A stretch of 64,000 nt of DNA from NCBI GenBank assembly GCA_028534125.1, contig CM052817.1:71426001-71490000 (forward strand), given 5' to 3'. The notes below the pieces were generated by a model, which had not been told where the DNA came from, did no database searches, and was given only the letters and a program-made list of their open reading frames with translations. This DNA comes from Lama glama. Its lineage: Eukaryota. Shown here in pieces: positions 37,353 to 51,960 of this stretch (position 1 is its first letter; each line of letters starts with the position of its first letter). The position numbers were made by a program, and so were the translations under genes.

Positions 37353-37807
37353 TATTTTCATCTCTCTTGACCCACTTAAACAAGACACGCACATCCCTCA
37401 AGAAGACTATTCGTGTAGGCAGGACTTAATAGAACAACAATCACTAATAAAAATATATCCATTGAGATAATATAGATGAAAATATTTCTAATAACTAAGG
37501 CATCTTCTAGAAGTTTAAGGTGTTATCAGAGAGGCACCCTGGTGTTGGGAGGGGAAATCAATAATCAGATTCCTCCATCTATTGACTGCGTTAGGGCATG
37601 TCTCATAAATCTTTTCACTTCCTTTGTAAAATGGAAGTGGCATTGTCCAATATTCTGCCTACATCACAAGGTGATCACATAAGTTGATGGATGTTCAAAT
37701 TATTCATTATCATTATTATTATTCATCACTTATTTAGACAACAGTAGAACGTTCTTATTGGTATTACTATAATCTCTCTCATCCACAAATCTTTTCCTGA
37801 CTACATC

Positions 37808-38405
37808 TTTTTTTTCTTCTAGTTTTAATAAGAGATAATGTATAAGTTTAAAATGTACAACATAATGATTTGACTTACCTTCATCATGAAATGATGACCA
37901 CAGTAAGTTTAGTGAACATCCATCATCTCATATAGATGCAAAATTAAAGAAATAGAAAAAAATTTTTCTACTTGTGATGAGAGCTCTTAGAATCTACTCT
38001 CTCATTACTTTCATATCTAACACACAGCAGTGTTAGTCATCACGCTGTACATTACATCCCTAGTACTTATAACCGGAAGTTTGTACCTTTTGACTGCCTT
38101 CATCTAATCCTCTTCCCTCATCTCTGGTGACCACAAATCTGATCTCTTTACTATGAGTTTGTTGTGAAGTATAATTGACCTACTACATTGTGTTAGTTCC
38201 TGTTACACAGCACGATGATTCGTTATTTCTATGCATTTCAAAATGATCACCCCAACAAGTCTGGTTACCATCTGTCACCGTACAGATATTACATAATTAT
38301 TGACCATATTCCCCACACTGTTATGTTTCATACCTATGACTCATTTATTTTTGCAACTGGAAGTCTGTAGCTCTTAATCTCTCTCACCTACCTGTCTTCT
38401 CCCCC
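37808..38405 (-). mobile_element. L1 3' UTR fragment (older subfamily)
   Basis: T-run, then tgtataagtttaaaatgtacaacataatgatttga...ctgtacattacatccc...ccatattccccacactg. Confidence 0.8.
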
Positions 38406-40964
38406 CATACATCATTTTCATTTATAATCTCTCTAATTTCTCTCAAAGCAAACACACATAGTAACAGTGTTCTGTGAATCTGCAAGAGCTCGGAACATGT
38501 TTACACTCTTCTACTGATTCTGCTTATTTTGGTGCTTTCTTTTCTTCCTCAAATACAAAAAAATCTTAAGGTCAGTCTCTTAGAATGAAACAATATTCTG
38601 GTTGACTTTCAAGAAAAGACATATATGTATCTTTTTGTCTCTTAGTTAAGGAATCATGTCTGACTAACAGATTAACAACTGAAAGCAACAACCATGTCAA
38701 CCACAAAAAATACAGAGAGCATTAAAATTTTGATCCCTTGTTTTAATACCGGAAAAAAATCTCAAGCCCATTCAATCAGTTGGTTGGGCCCACAAGGTCA
38801 CGGAAATATCTCCATCTCTAATGCTTGCACACCTCATGGGAGCTGATAGTTGGCACACTTTGTACCTGGACGGCTTTGGCATTCCACCAGTCCTATCCTA
38901 GGTGTATTCCTCTTTCCTTCCCTCAAGGCAGAAAAAGCATAAAGTGTCATTAGTTGTACTTTCACAAATTATCCTAAAAGTCTTTAGGACATAAGGCTGG
39001 AAGTGGTTTGGGTCTGTGAATTATCCCGGGCCCTTAGGCATCTAAGAATAGGAACTCAATGGGTATTTGTGTGCTATGGTACTTATTATGACTAGGATTG
39101 GGTAATTAAAACAAAGACTTTCAAAAGTCAGGGGACTTTGCTTTCTCTTGCTTCACAGATCACCAGGCTGCTGAACTTTCTACATGACCTTGTCAGGCAT
39201 AGTTGAACTCTCCAGGCCACTGTACATTTCCTCGGGGGAGAAGGTCTTCTCACTTCATGATCAAGTGTGAGCCTGAGGAACACGGGGAAACCCTCCACCT
39301 CTGCCCCCGAATTCCCAGCCATCCCGGGAAAAAGGATGGGCCCGAGGCTTTTAGGGCTTTTCTGTCTTCTGGAGAAGCCAGTTTCCATCTGATGTTTGAG
39401 AAGAAAAATGAAAAGATACAGCCTACAACACAAGTGGGAGGTAATGGGTTTGTGTTTGGCATTTCCACCCTGGCTATCCGGCCTTCTCCCCTGTCCTGAC
39501 ACCCTTCCTTTCCCATAACCTACCGCCCTTCACACTCCAAGTTTCAAAATACAGGAGCTTCTGCTCCTCCATCTCTACTGGAAATTCCCATAATTTCTCA
39601 ATTCGATGTTAAAGACAAATGTGACTGGAGGAGGGAATGACTGAAACTCCCTTCCTCTTTCTGGAGTGTTAGGTGAATTTTCAGCTGATAGAACTGCAGA
39701 TAGTCCAGGTCCCTAAAGAATTCTAGACAGGCGAGGAGCATGAGTTTTTAATCATTCATTCACTCAACCAGTTATTTCTTGAGTGTTCTATATGTGCCAG
39801 GCAATATTATGTGTGAAGGAGAATCCTGAAATTTTAGGGCCTGGAGAAGTCAAGAAAAGGATTAGAACGTTTAGAAAGAAATTACGTACCGGGGATACAA
39901 CAGTAAACTCAATAGCTAGGATTCTATCTATTGAGAGCTTAAATTTCTTGGAGCTTGACACTTTAAAGCAAGGAGAAAGATACTATGTCAGGAAAGTTTG
40001 TTATTCTGGGAGAATATTTTACCCATATCAAAAGAGTACTGGAAGGGGCCTTATGTGCTCCCAGTCCAAACTCCTATACCTTGGGCACTCACTTCAGTAA
40101 CACCAATTAGGCAGATTTCCCAGTTAATGACTTTTAAAATACTGGAAACGAAGGCAATTCAAAAAGTCCAAATGTGGGTGACATATGCCTTTGATAAAAA
40201 TACTTAAAGTAACTTCCTGAAATTAAACTGAAGTTTCCAATCATGAAGTGACAATAGAATGAAACCAACTTGATCAAAAGTATGACAGGCATAGTAGTAT
40301 TGTGTCATGAAGAGTTAGCATAGAGGAGGTAATCTTGAGCAAGCAGAGCAGAAAACTGAGCTCCAGTCTCACACAGTCTCAGCCAGCATCAACACCAGCA
40401 GAGCCGAAGAAATTGCCTGATACTGACTCAGCGTTTGAAGCTATAAACTGAATCCACCTTTAAGTAAAGATGAAGAGTTACTGATGAGTGCTGAAGGAAA
40501 GAGAGATAAACATTAGTCCAAATGTCTTGGGGCAAGAATGCTACAAAGCACAAGAGGATGAGGATGAAATTAGAGCTATTCTCTATAGATAAGCAGTATC
40601 CAAGTTTTCATTATAGAAGCAAAATGAACTCGATGTTATCCACAAACCCCTCTAGCAGCTCCAAAGAAACTTCAGATTAAGGAACCCCTTCAGGCACTGT
40701 TAACATCTAAGTATCAGTATGAGTAAGCCTTACTTGAATATTAAGACAAGAATCTGGCACCCAACGTGAGCAAAATCAGAGCACAGATATCCCTTTAGAT
40801 TTTAACAGATGGTTTCTGTCTGAGTTTATTCATTTAAAAATTCATTTATTCTAACTACAGCTACCATTTCATTCCTCATGGTGTGAATATCCCTGGGTTC
40901 TGTTCACAAACACACAATGGCAGCAGGAAAAAGGATGGGCTCAGTGGCTTCATCCATCCAGGCA

Positions 40965-43900
40965 GAAGAAAGTACTAAGTCACCCATCAGAATTGCTAAA
41001 ATGAAGAAAAACTGTCAATATTGATGGTTGGTAAGAATGGGGAGTAACTGGAATTTTCACATGCTGTTTGTGAGAACATAAATTGGTATAAACCCTTTGG
41101 AAAACTGTTTGGTAGAATCTGCTAAAGCTAAACCCTCTGACTGAGCAATTCCTCTCTTGGGTAAAATCTCAAAAGACCATGAAACTAGAAATCAACTACA
41201 GAGAAACAAAGGAGAGAAAAAGGAAAGTGTGGATATTAAACAACATGCTATTAAAAAACCAATGGGTCAATGATGAAATCGAAGTTGAAATTAAAAAATA
41301 CCTTGAGACAAATGAAAATGAAAACACAACCACACAAAATTTATGGGATGCAGCAAAGGCAGTTCTAAGAGGGAAGTTTATAGTGATACAGGCCTTCCTC
41401 AAAAAAGAACAATCTCAAATATATAATCTAACCCACCAGTTAAAAGAATTAGAAAAAGAGCAAAATATCCCAAAAGGCAGCAGAAGGAAGGAAATAATAA
41501 AGATCAAGGAGGACACAAATAAAACAGAGACTAAAAAACAATAGAAAAATCAATCAAACCAAAAGCTGGTTTCTTGAAAAAGTAAGTAAAATTGACAACC
41601 TCTGGCCAAACTCACAAAGAAGAAAAAAAGAGCACAAATAAGCAAAATAAGACAGGAAAATGGAGACATTACAACAAATAACATAGAAATACAGAATATC
41701 ATACGAGAATATTATGAAAAACTATATGGAGCCAAAATGGATAACCTAGAGGAGATGGACAAGTTTCTGGAAACATACAGTCCACCAAGACTCAACGAAG
41801 AAGAAACTGACCACTTGAACAAGCCGATCACTAGAAATGAAATTGAATTAGCAGTAAAACAACCTCCCTACAAATAAAAGTCCAGGACTGGATGGCTTCA
41901 CTGGGGAATTCTACCAAACATACAAAGAAGAACTCATACCAGTCCTTCTCAAACTCTTCCAGAAGATGGAAAAGGAGGGAATACTCCCAAACTCATTCTA
42001 TGAAGCCACCATGACCCTGATACCAAAACCAGGCAAAGACACTACCAAAAAAGAGAATTATAGGTCAGTATCACTGATGAACATAGATGCAAAAATCCTC
42101 ACCAAAATATTAGCAAATAGAATCCAACAGCACATAAAAAAAATTATACATCATGACCAAGTGGGGTTCATCCCAGGGACACAAGGGTGGTTCAACATAC
42201 ACAAATCAATCAATGTAATACATCACATCAACAAGAGAAAGGACAAAAACCACGTGATCATCTCAATAGATGCAGAAAAGGCATTTGATAAAATTCAGCA
42301 CCCATTTAATGATAAAAACTCACCAAAGTGGGTATAGAGGGAACATATCTCAACATAATAAAAGCTATATATGACAAACCTACAGCCAGCATAGTACTCA
42401 ATGGTGAAAAACTCAAAACCATCCCACTAAAATCTGGGACAAGGATGCCTACTATCACCACTCCTATTCAACATAGTCTTGGAGGTCCTAGCCACAGCAA
42501 TCAGACAAGTGAGAGAAACAAAAGGGATCCAAATTGGAAAAGAAGAGGTAAAAGTGTCACTATATGCCAATGTCATGTTACTATACATAGAAAACCCTAA
42601 AAGGTCCACACAAAAACTACTAGAGCTGATCGAAGAATTCATCAAGGTAGCAGGTTACAAGATTAACGTTCAAAAATCAGTTGCATTTCTTTATACTAAC
42701 GATGAATCAACAGAAAAAGAAAGTAAAGAAACAATCCCCTTTAAAATAGCACCCAAAGTAACAAAATACCTAGGAATAAATCTAACCAAGGAGGTGAAAG
42801 AATTATACATAGAAAACTATAAACCACTGATGAAGGAAATTAAAGAAGACTTAAAAAAAAATGGAAAGATATCCCATCCTGGATTGGAAGAATCAATATT
42901 GTTGAAATGGTCACACTGCCCAAGGTAATCTACAGATTTAATGCAATCCCTATCAAATTACCCAGGACATATTTCACAGAACTAGAACAAATCATAGTAA
43001 AATTTATATGGAACCACAAAAGACCTAGAATTGCCAAAGCATTACTGACAAAAAAGAAAGAGGCTGGAGGAATAACTCTCCCAGACTTCAGACGATACTA
43101 TAGAGCTATAGTCATCAAGACAGCATGGTATTGGTACAAAAACAGACATATAGACCAATGGAACAGAATAGAGCCCAGAAATGAACCCACAAACTTTTGG
43201 TCAACTAATCTTCGATAAAGGAAGCAAAAACATACAATGGAATAAAGACAGTCTCTTCAGCAAATGGTGTTGGGAAAACTGGACAGCAGCATGTAAATCA
43301 GTGAAGCTAGAGCACTCCCTTACACTATACACAAAAATAAACTCCAAATGGATCAAAGACTTAAACATAAGAAAGATACAATAAACCTTCTAGAGGAAAA
43401 TATAGGCAAAACATTATCTGACATATATCTCAAAAATGTTCTCCTAGGGCAGTCTACCCAAGCAATAGAAATAAAAGCAGGAATAAACAAATGGGACCTA
43501 ATAAAACTTACAAGCTTATGAACAGCAAAGGAAACCATAAGTAAAGCAAAATGACAACCTACAGAATGGGAGAAAATTTTTGTAAATGAAACCGACAAAG
43601 GCTTGATCTCCAGAATACATAAGCAGCTCATACGACTTAATATGAAAAAAGCAAACAACCCAAATCAAAAATGGGCAGAAGACCTAAACAAGCAATTCTC
43701 CAAGGAAGAAATACAAATGATCAACAAGCACATGAAAAAGTGCTCAATATCACTAATTATCAGAGAAATGCAAATCCAAACTACAATGAGATATCACCTC
43801 ACACCAGTCAGAATGGCCATCATTCAAAAATCCACAAATGACACATGCTGGAGAGGCTGTGGAGAAAAGGGAACCCTCCTACACTCTGGAGGGAGTGCGA

Positions 43901-45075
43901 TTTGGTGCAGCCACTGTGGAAAACAGTATGGAGATTCCTCAAAAGACTAGGCATAGACTTACCATATGACCCAGGAATCCCGCTCCTGGGCATATATCCA
44001 GAAGGAACCCTACTTCAAATGACACCTGCACCCTAATGTTCATAGCAGCACTATTTAAAATAGCCAAGACATGGAAGCAGCCTAGATGTCCATCAATAGA
44101 TGACTGGATAAAGAAGATGTGGTATATTTATACAATGGAATACTATTCAGCCATAAAAAACAACAACATAACGCCATTTGCAGCAACATGGATGTTCCTG
44201 GAGAATGTCATTCACAGGGAAGTAAGCCAGAAAGAGAAAGAAAAATACCATATCAGATCGCTTATATGAGGAATCTAAAAAAACAAACAAAACGTAAATC
44301 CAAAACAGAAACAGACTCATAGACATAGAACCCAAACTTGTGGTTGCCAAGGGAGCGGGGGCTGGGAATGGACAGACTGGGATTTCAAAATGTAGGATAG
44401 ATAATCAAGATTATACTGCATAGCACAGGGAAATATATACAAGGTCTTATGGTAGCTCACAGAGAAAAAAATGTGACAATGAATATATATGTGTTCATGT
44501 ATAACTGAAAAATTGTGCTCTACACTAGAATTTGACACAACATTGTAAAATGATTATAACTCAATAAAAATGTTAAACAAAAAACTCAACAGAAATGCCA
44601 GCATAATGCACATTCAGACAGGTAAACAAATGTTCCCAGCAGCATTATCATAGTTATCTCCCCAGTAAAACAACCCAAATGTCTACCTACAGCAGAGTAA
44701 AATAAAATGAAAAAATGAAGCACTATACAGTAATAAGAACAAAGGAATTACTACTGCATGCAAAAACATGGATAATTCTCAGAAACAGAATGCTGAATGA
44801 AAGAACTCAGACACTCAAGAGTATATACTGTATGAGTCTGTTCATACAAAGTTCAAATATAGGCAAAATTAATCTGATGATGGATGTCAGAGTAGTGGTT
44901 ACTTTTGGGGAGAGGATACTTGGGAAGGGGTGCGGAGAGAAGCTTGGTACTGGCAATGTTCTAGGGCTTAATCTGGGTGGGGATTACACCAGGAGTTCCC
45001 TTTGCTAAAAGGGCATTGAGTTCTATGTTTCCCATTCAGACAGTTTTCTGTATATATGATATATGGCAAATAAAA
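40965..45075 (+). mobile_element. Ancient L1ME-like 3' region, split by a young L1
   Basis: cacccatcagaattgctaaaat...gcaattcctctcttgggt (to 41176). It resumes at 44581 with cagaaatg...acaacccaaatgtcta... and runs to aataaaaa. Confidence 0.75.
41177..44580 (+). mobile_element. Lineage-specific L1, 5'-truncated 3.4 kb, frameshifted ORF2
   Basis: Consecutive ORF2 fragments at 41179, 41966, 42328, 42479, 42907, 43181, 43603, 43845 and 44036. The RT FADD motif has decayed to YANV. 3' UTR with aataaa. Imperfect TSD aaaatctcaaaaga / aaaaactcaacaga. Confidence 0.97.
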
Positions 45076-45099
45076 ATGCTTATGAGAAAAAAGAATCAA

Positions 45100-45800
45100 A
45101 CTTATACTCTATGCCTACCACATACTAAGTTCTTTTTAGGTTCAAGGGATTTAAAAAAAGAGAAAAAGACAAGGAGCCAGTTGCCATGGAGTCTACATTC
45201 TAGTGGGAGGGGATAACAAATACATAAAAATAGCTTAAAGATTTCAAATTGTGGCAAGTGCCATGATGATAATTAAACTGGGTGAGGTGATAATGGTTAG
45301 GAGTTGGGGACAGGATCATCTGCTGAGGTCAGAGAAGTTCTCTCAGAGGTGGTGACACGTGAGCCAGTCTGGCCAACACAGCAAGTGTAACACAGCAAGC
45401 GGAGGGACAGACAATGGCAGAGCAGGAGTGAGCTGGGTGTGCTGGTGGGGCCAGGCCAGGGAGGCCGCCAGTGACAGGGGCTGGAGGGAGACTCAGTTCA
45501 GCAGGTGGGCAGGGACTCGCACTTGGAGGGCCTCTGAGGATTTCATATGGTTATAGTGATAGTAATATTAATAAAAATAATATTTATTTTATTCTAACTG
45601 TACTGCATAGGCATTGGTGGGTTTTAAGCAGGGGAATGATATGTGATTTATGTTTTTTTTTTTTTTTTATGGAGGTACTGGGGATTGAACCAGGACCTCG
45701 TGCACGTTAAGCTCGCACTCTGCCACTGAGCTCTACTCTCCCCACTGTGATTTCTGTTGGATAATGATAACTCAGGCTGCTGTGTGAAGAATGGACTGTA
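45100..45800 (-). mobile_element. L2 LINE fragment
   Basis: tgccatggagtctacattctagtggg...ggtcagagaagttctctcagaggtggtgaca...ttttaagcaggggaatgata. Confidence 0.75.
45655..45745 (-). mobile_element. tRNA-derived SINE (Vic-1-like, short form) inserted in L2
   Basis: T-run plus ggaggtactggggattgaaccaggacctcgtgcacgttaagc...ccactgagct. TSD tgtgatttatgtt (45642-45654) / tgtgatttctgtt (45746-45758). Confidence 0.9.
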
Positions 45801-46240
45801 AGACAATGAGATACACTACAAAAAGTAATATACCATTAATAGTTAATATATAATTAAAACTAATGTATAAATATTCATAATATTAAATGACAATAATTTA
45901 TCATTATATAAGAAATCCATCTGGGAGAACATTTAAACAGGCCTTATATCTCTCATTTCTAAATGAGAGATGGTGGTGGCTGGTGTGGGGTGACAGTGGG
46001 TATAAACAGAAACAAGTAGACAAACCTGCATACCTGAGAAGACATCCTGAACACTCTGTGGTGGTGCCAAATAGCAAAGAAGATGACAAAGACTTCTGGC
46101 TTGCTTAACAAGGGTGGATAATGAGGCCAGGTACCCAGATAGAGAGGAATGAATTGAATTATTAAGTCTAGTGGGGAGTGGGTGGAGAGGAAATCCAGTG
46201 CTGTTGAGGTATTTTAGATAAGAGATGTCTGTCATAAATA

Positions 46241-46740
46241 NNNNNNNNNNNNNNNNNNNNNNNNNNNNNNNNNNNNNNNNNNNNNNNNNNNNNNNNNNNN
46301 NNNNNNNNNNNNNNNNNNNNNNNNNNNNNNNNNNNNNNNNNNNNNNNNNNNNNNNNNNNNNNNNNNNNNNNNNNNNNNNNNNNNNNNNNNNNNNNNNNNN
46401 NNNNNNNNNNNNNNNNNNNNNNNNNNNNNNNNNNNNNNNNNNNNNNNNNNNNNNNNNNNNNNNNNNNNNNNNNNNNNNNNNNNNNNNNNNNNNNNNNNNN
46501 NNNNNNNNNNNNNNNNNNNNNNNNNNNNNNNNNNNNNNNNNNNNNNNNNNNNNNNNNNNNNNNNNNNNNNNNNNNNNNNNNNNNNNNNNNNNNNNNNNNN
46601 NNNNNNNNNNNNNNNNNNNNNNNNNNNNNNNNNNNNNNNNNNNNNNNNNNNNNNNNNNNNNNNNNNNNNNNNNNNNNNNNNNNNNNNNNNNNNNNNNNNN
46701 NNNNNNNNNNNNNNNNNNNNNNNNNNNNNNNNNNNNNNNN
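46241..46740. other. Assembly gap (500 N)
   Basis: Run of N, directly followed by L1 3' UTR sequence (46741-46815). Confidence 1.
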
Positions 46741-49700
46741 CAGACAGAAAACAAACTTATGGTTACCGAAGGGGAAGGGGGAGGGATAAACTGGGACTAT
46801 GGGAGTAACAGGTGTCTAATAAAAACCCAGGGAACGATGTCGATCATTGGTGTTAGCACTACAAAACCAAAATTCTCTTAAACCTTTTTTCCTTAGTTTT
46901 ATATAACATTGCTGAAGTCTAGTGTGTCTAGGTGGAGAGGGGGTTTAGATTGTGTTTGGAACAGGGACACATTCTCTGCAGGCTTGTTTTGAGCAGTTAA
47001 GAATTATCATTGATCATTTACCTACATGGGAACCTCTGCACAGTAGGGACAGAAGCGGGGTGCCCTCTATTCATATTTCTGTCGACCAGAACTCTGAAAA
47101 AGATGCAGTTTGTGCCCATCACCAATAGCATTCTGCACAGAAGGGTGCCACATACTGCTTGTGAGATGTATCCTCCATCCAGTCGTCATCCATATCCACA
47201 TTTATTGGTCTGAGACACAACTGTGAGTCACACTTTGTGCTCAGGCTAGAGATACAGGAGAAGAAGAGCAGCATGGTCCCCCCACAGGGCCTCAGGAGGT
47301 GGTCCTTCTGAAACGCTAAAGAAAATCTGACTTTCCTTCTTCACTACTAACTTCAGGTTCAATTCCATTTGTAGTCTTAGATTGTGTGAGTAAATGGGAA
47401 GGGAGAATTATAGAATGTATTATAAAGAAATGGCAGACAGGTTAATAAAATAGTCACAGGTCAGGCAAAGATGAAAGGAAATGGACACTTAATTTAAGAT
47501 GAAAAATATGCAAGGCAGGAAAACGTGCCTTTGCCGTCACTTTTTTTTTTTTTAAAAACACCTTTATTGTGGTATGATTCCTGTACTGCCTTCACTTTTA
47601 ATGACTTCAAACTTTAACCTAGTTTTCCTCTATGTATTTAGGGATAAATCCTTAAGGAGCACAGGAAATTTCATACACACCTTAGAGGTGTCAATCGGTG
47701 GATTAGAGAACACTCAAGTGTGATTCCTCACTCTCAGGTGGGACAAGCGATGAGTTTGGTCAGAGCAAAAATCTAAGAGGTAGCAGGAACAGCTGGAGAA
47801 GTTAAGATGCAACTTCCTGCCAGTCTGTCCACTCAAGACTGGAAAAATTCTAGAGTTTTAACCATGTTCTTTTTAAAGGCAGAAATTCAAATTTTCTTTT
47901 CAGCTCTTCTCTCCTATCTCTGCGGTCTTCAGCTGGACACTTTTGATTTTTTTTTTTTTTTTTTGCCTGAAGCTAGTATAAATTCCAATTTAAAGCTAAA
48001 CCCTTTCAGGGAACCAAGTCCCTGCCTCCTGCATAAGAGAACACTGAGTAGATAATTATTCATAATTTCTTCAAATGATAGTCAATTCTTTAAGCTGTAC
48101 TGAAGATTTCTGCTCCAGCTGTGGGTTAACATAAACACCTAGAGCCAATGGGCAATCTTTCCTGGCTACTTTAATCACCATGCTCATCTACTTCTCAGAA
48201 CAAAAAAATACAGGAACCACCTCTCTGTCCATCATTGTACCATTAGAAATGAAATGTAAAGGATAAAAGAAAATCATTGCTTTATTACCCTGTTAGGAAA
48301 ATGCAATGTGAGAGCAATGAAGTCTTATGCCCCGAATTAATCATTTAAAATTATACAGATTTGATTCTAAACCCCAGGGCTATGATAAGTGTAGAACTAT
48401 CGCTGGTAGCAACGAATACAGTGAGGATGGCTTGGGCACCACAGCCTCTACCACGCAGGACAGTTTAAGTGATGTGAAGAAGGAATTAAACAGCCCCCAC
48501 CCATTTTCCCTCACAAATTTTCTGAAACAAATGGTAGGAGATGAGTTTCAAAAAAAACCAGCTATTGATTAATCCATGTACCGGTAGCACTGGGTAAAAG
48601 GATTGACAGTTGTAAGGGAGAAAACTGGGGCCCTCATTCACTTGCAAAAATCAAGCGGGAGCTAGGCACCCTGTCAATTTTACAGCACCATCAAAAATTG
48701 ATGAGCAGTTCCTATTTGGAGTTCTTGGTTGAAATACAAAGAATAAAAATTGATAGCTTTCATGAAAGAACTGCCGATACTTTCAAGACTGAGGTCAGAA
48801 GTGGCCGGCAGTAGTTGTTTCACATGGAAAAGGCATTATATTTAGAAGGATGATTTCCACTGATCTAACAGCAGTGGCTAACCCTAGGGTGAATTACTGA
48901 TGTTTCTTTATTGAACCCTGATCTCATGTCTTTTCTACAATCTTCTACTCACGTTCCTGCCTTGAGGACACGTGGACCAGGAGCGGAAGCTTTCTCTCTC
49001 AATATGTCAGTTAATTCTGTGCTTACAAACAGTCCTCTCCAGAATAAACTTCTAGTACCCATATTATTCATTTTCATATTTTCTTCAGCCAATTGACAAC
49101 TGTGGTGACTTCATCTTCATAATGGATGTCACACCATCTGATGCATTCCAGATTGTGCAATTAGGCAATTTCATAAAAAGTTAGGTCTAAGGATTTTTTT
49201 AAGGATTCAATTTTTTTTTGTTCAAAATTGTGTAGTTTTTTTTTTTAAACCCTGTTACACAAGAAGGATCTTTTAAGGATTTGTGAGGTAGCACAGGAAG
49301 TTTAAAAGTACAGTAATCCTTAATTCAGCCGTAACTCAAAATAATTCTTAACAAATGCTTCAGGGGTTACTATACCTATCTATAGCCTAAATTACCATGC
49401 AATCTCTTCAAGAACGCTCACGTTATTTCTCATCCAAGTTTCAGAAAAGCTATAGTATTCCAGCTACTGAAATACTAATTCCTTTTGGCAAAAGGATTTT
49501 AAATGTCCTATGTGTCAGCTGTTTTAAGCTGTAACAGCACTTGTAATGCAAGTGTATTACAGAAGTCCTATTTTTGTTCAAACTCAAATATACTAATTGG
49601 ATTACAGAGAATAAGACTACAATGAAAGAGTCAAGATTAACATTAAATTATTTAAAGGAGACTCACCCAAATATTAATAGTAAATATTTGTGGGTAGTGA

Positions 49701-50464
49701 GGTGAAAGGTTTCATGTTTGCGCTTTTCTGTCATCTTCAGCTTTATGAACAGAGAATCCTCTCTTATGACTAGAAAAAAAGTTATCTAATAGAACGAGGA
49801 CTACTGGATAGCATTTCCAGCTGTAAAGAAGCAGAAGTTGTCAAGTGGACTGTAGTCCGGGGAGAAGCCGAGGCCACTGCCCACCCTGGCTTACACAGCC
49901 TGCAGCCCCCATTGCGCACTGCGCTGGGGGTGGTCTGGGCCCTCTAAAAACTTATTACATTTATAACAAACTGGACACTTTTGTCTTATTTGGACTAGAT
50001 CATTACACCGTGAGTGGATTTTTTTCCCCTTAACTTGGAAGGTAATAGATAAAGCAGGCAAATCTGGAGCAGCAGAGTGACCTGCAGGTCAGTGTCGAAG
50101 TCACATAAGGAGGGGCTGCCTGCCCATGCTGGCTAGAGCCCAGACCTCCACGTGCAAAGCAGGGCGATGTTTGTTTTCCCGGCTTCTCCTTAGTAAGCCC
50201 CTTTTACAGTAGCTCCGAATTCTCCATCATAATGGATGTTTAAAAAAGTTTTTAAAGTAAAACATCATGCATGTACTTAATCTAATTATTTTTTGGAAAT
50301 ACTTGAAAATCCAGGTAATTCTTGGATTCCCTTGAATCCAAGCAGAAAAAATCCAAAGCAGAAAAAAAAAATGTCCTATTTCCCCCTTTGGAAAGACAGA
50401 CTTTCCAAAAAAGGAAAGGAGACCTAATAACTGTTTACAAGCCTCTTCTCTTCATTTCTCTTTT

Positions 50465-50900
50465 TAACTTTTAAAAGATATTTATTAAGCACCTATTTAG
50501 ACACTAGAGACACAGTAAAAAAAAAATCAGACAAAAATCCCTGCCCTCCTGGAACTCAGAGTTGAGTAGGAGAGAGAGAATGGACAAGATTAATAATACA
50601 TACAGTGGGCTCGAAGGTGATCTGTGTCAAAGAGCAAACTGAATCAGGTAAGGACAGTAAGGGGTGTGGGTGGGGACTACTGCGATTTTAGACTGGGAGG
50701 CAGGAAGGTGAAATGTGAGCAAAGGTCTGAAGGAGGTGAGGAATAAGGTGGATTAGAACAGTGGGCAAGGACTGTTCTGTACAGAAGTTAGGCAAGTGTG
50801 AGTCCCAAAGAAGCAGCCTTGTATGTTTGAGGAAGAGCAAGTCAGCCACTATGGCCTGAGAGAGGGGAGAGGGCGGAGGTGGGAGAGGGAAGAGGGGGGA
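50465..50900 (-). mobile_element. L2 LINE 3' fragment
   Basis: atatttattaagcaccta...agacaaaaatccctgccctcctggaact. Confidence 0.8.
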
Positions 50901-51239
50901 GGAGAAGTGGAAGGCTCCTTCGACTCCATGACATCAACCTCAGATTTTCTGAAGCACATCCATACTTTCACAGGGGAAGCCTGATGATACCAAGTGAAGA
51001 ATGTACTGGGGTATGTCTGTAGCACATGGTACAAGAAATATAAAGGGCAAACAAGTGAAATGAATAAAAGCCAATTACATGTGATTGGAGAAGTGGCCAA
51101 GTGTGAGAATTTGATTCATAAATTCAGAAGTGGTGTGTGTGCTAAGGTGTTCAAGGAACAGCCGGACACAATTCTGGCCCCAAGGGACTCATGTGGTCTC
51201 CCAGGAGGTACATGGGTAAGGCTGTATTCAGTAATGATA

Positions 51240-51960
51240 AGCAGCATGTTCGGTAGAAGCTGAGATAAGAGCTGAAATGATCAGAGAAGCCTTTACAAAG
51301 AAGACATTGTAAGTTAAAATGTAAAATTTCAAGAAAAAAAGTGGAGAAAGAGGAGGGATAGTGTGTTCAAAGACATGAAATTAGCATGGGCAAAGTGCAT
51401 TTGTTTTGTGGGCAACGACCAGACATATGTTGGCCTGAATGGGAAGTTTGTATAGGGCAGTGGTGAAAGGTCGGTCAGGGAGACTGTAATTCTTTATGGA
51501 CAGGCTGAAGTTTTAACCTAAAGGCAAAGGGGTCCCAATTTAGGTTTAAACAGAGATTGATGTGATATATAAGGTAGCTTGGATGGAGAAGACACATGGG
51601 AGACAGCAGCTGGGGGCTGCAATACTCAAGACATGAAGTGATGAAGGCCATGTCTGGAGTGTCTGGCATGGAAATAGAGAGGAGTAGACAGCTTCTCAAA
51701 ATATTTAAGAAGAATTATGCAACTCTGTGACCAGGTATTTTTATATTTTGAATGCCTTAAAGGTGTTCACTAGGAAAACAGTGATAAATTTTAAAGAATT
51801 GTTGAAAAGGGACCTGGTTTAAATATTTTAAATTTGAGTGATATGTCAAATGTTTGGAAATCTTAGGAAAACGAGTTTCAGAGAAGAGCTCAATACTGAA
51901 AATAAAGATTTGTTAGGGATAATTTGGCAAATGATGGTTGGAATTTCCCCTTTTGCTGTT
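51240..51960 (-). mobile_element. L2 LINE fragment, degenerate
   Basis: Purine-rich L2-like blocks (gggggctgcaatactcaag...ggaaatagagaggagtagaca). Confidence 0.5.

Noticed and set aside
41179..44269. Run of ORFs resembling a reverse-transcriptase operon or novel retro-system
   Set aside because: They are frameshifted pieces of one L1 ORF2 with a decayed catalytic motif.
45933..46881. Longest ORFs in the track (273 and 218 aa)
   Set aside because: Artefacts of reading through the 500-N gap.
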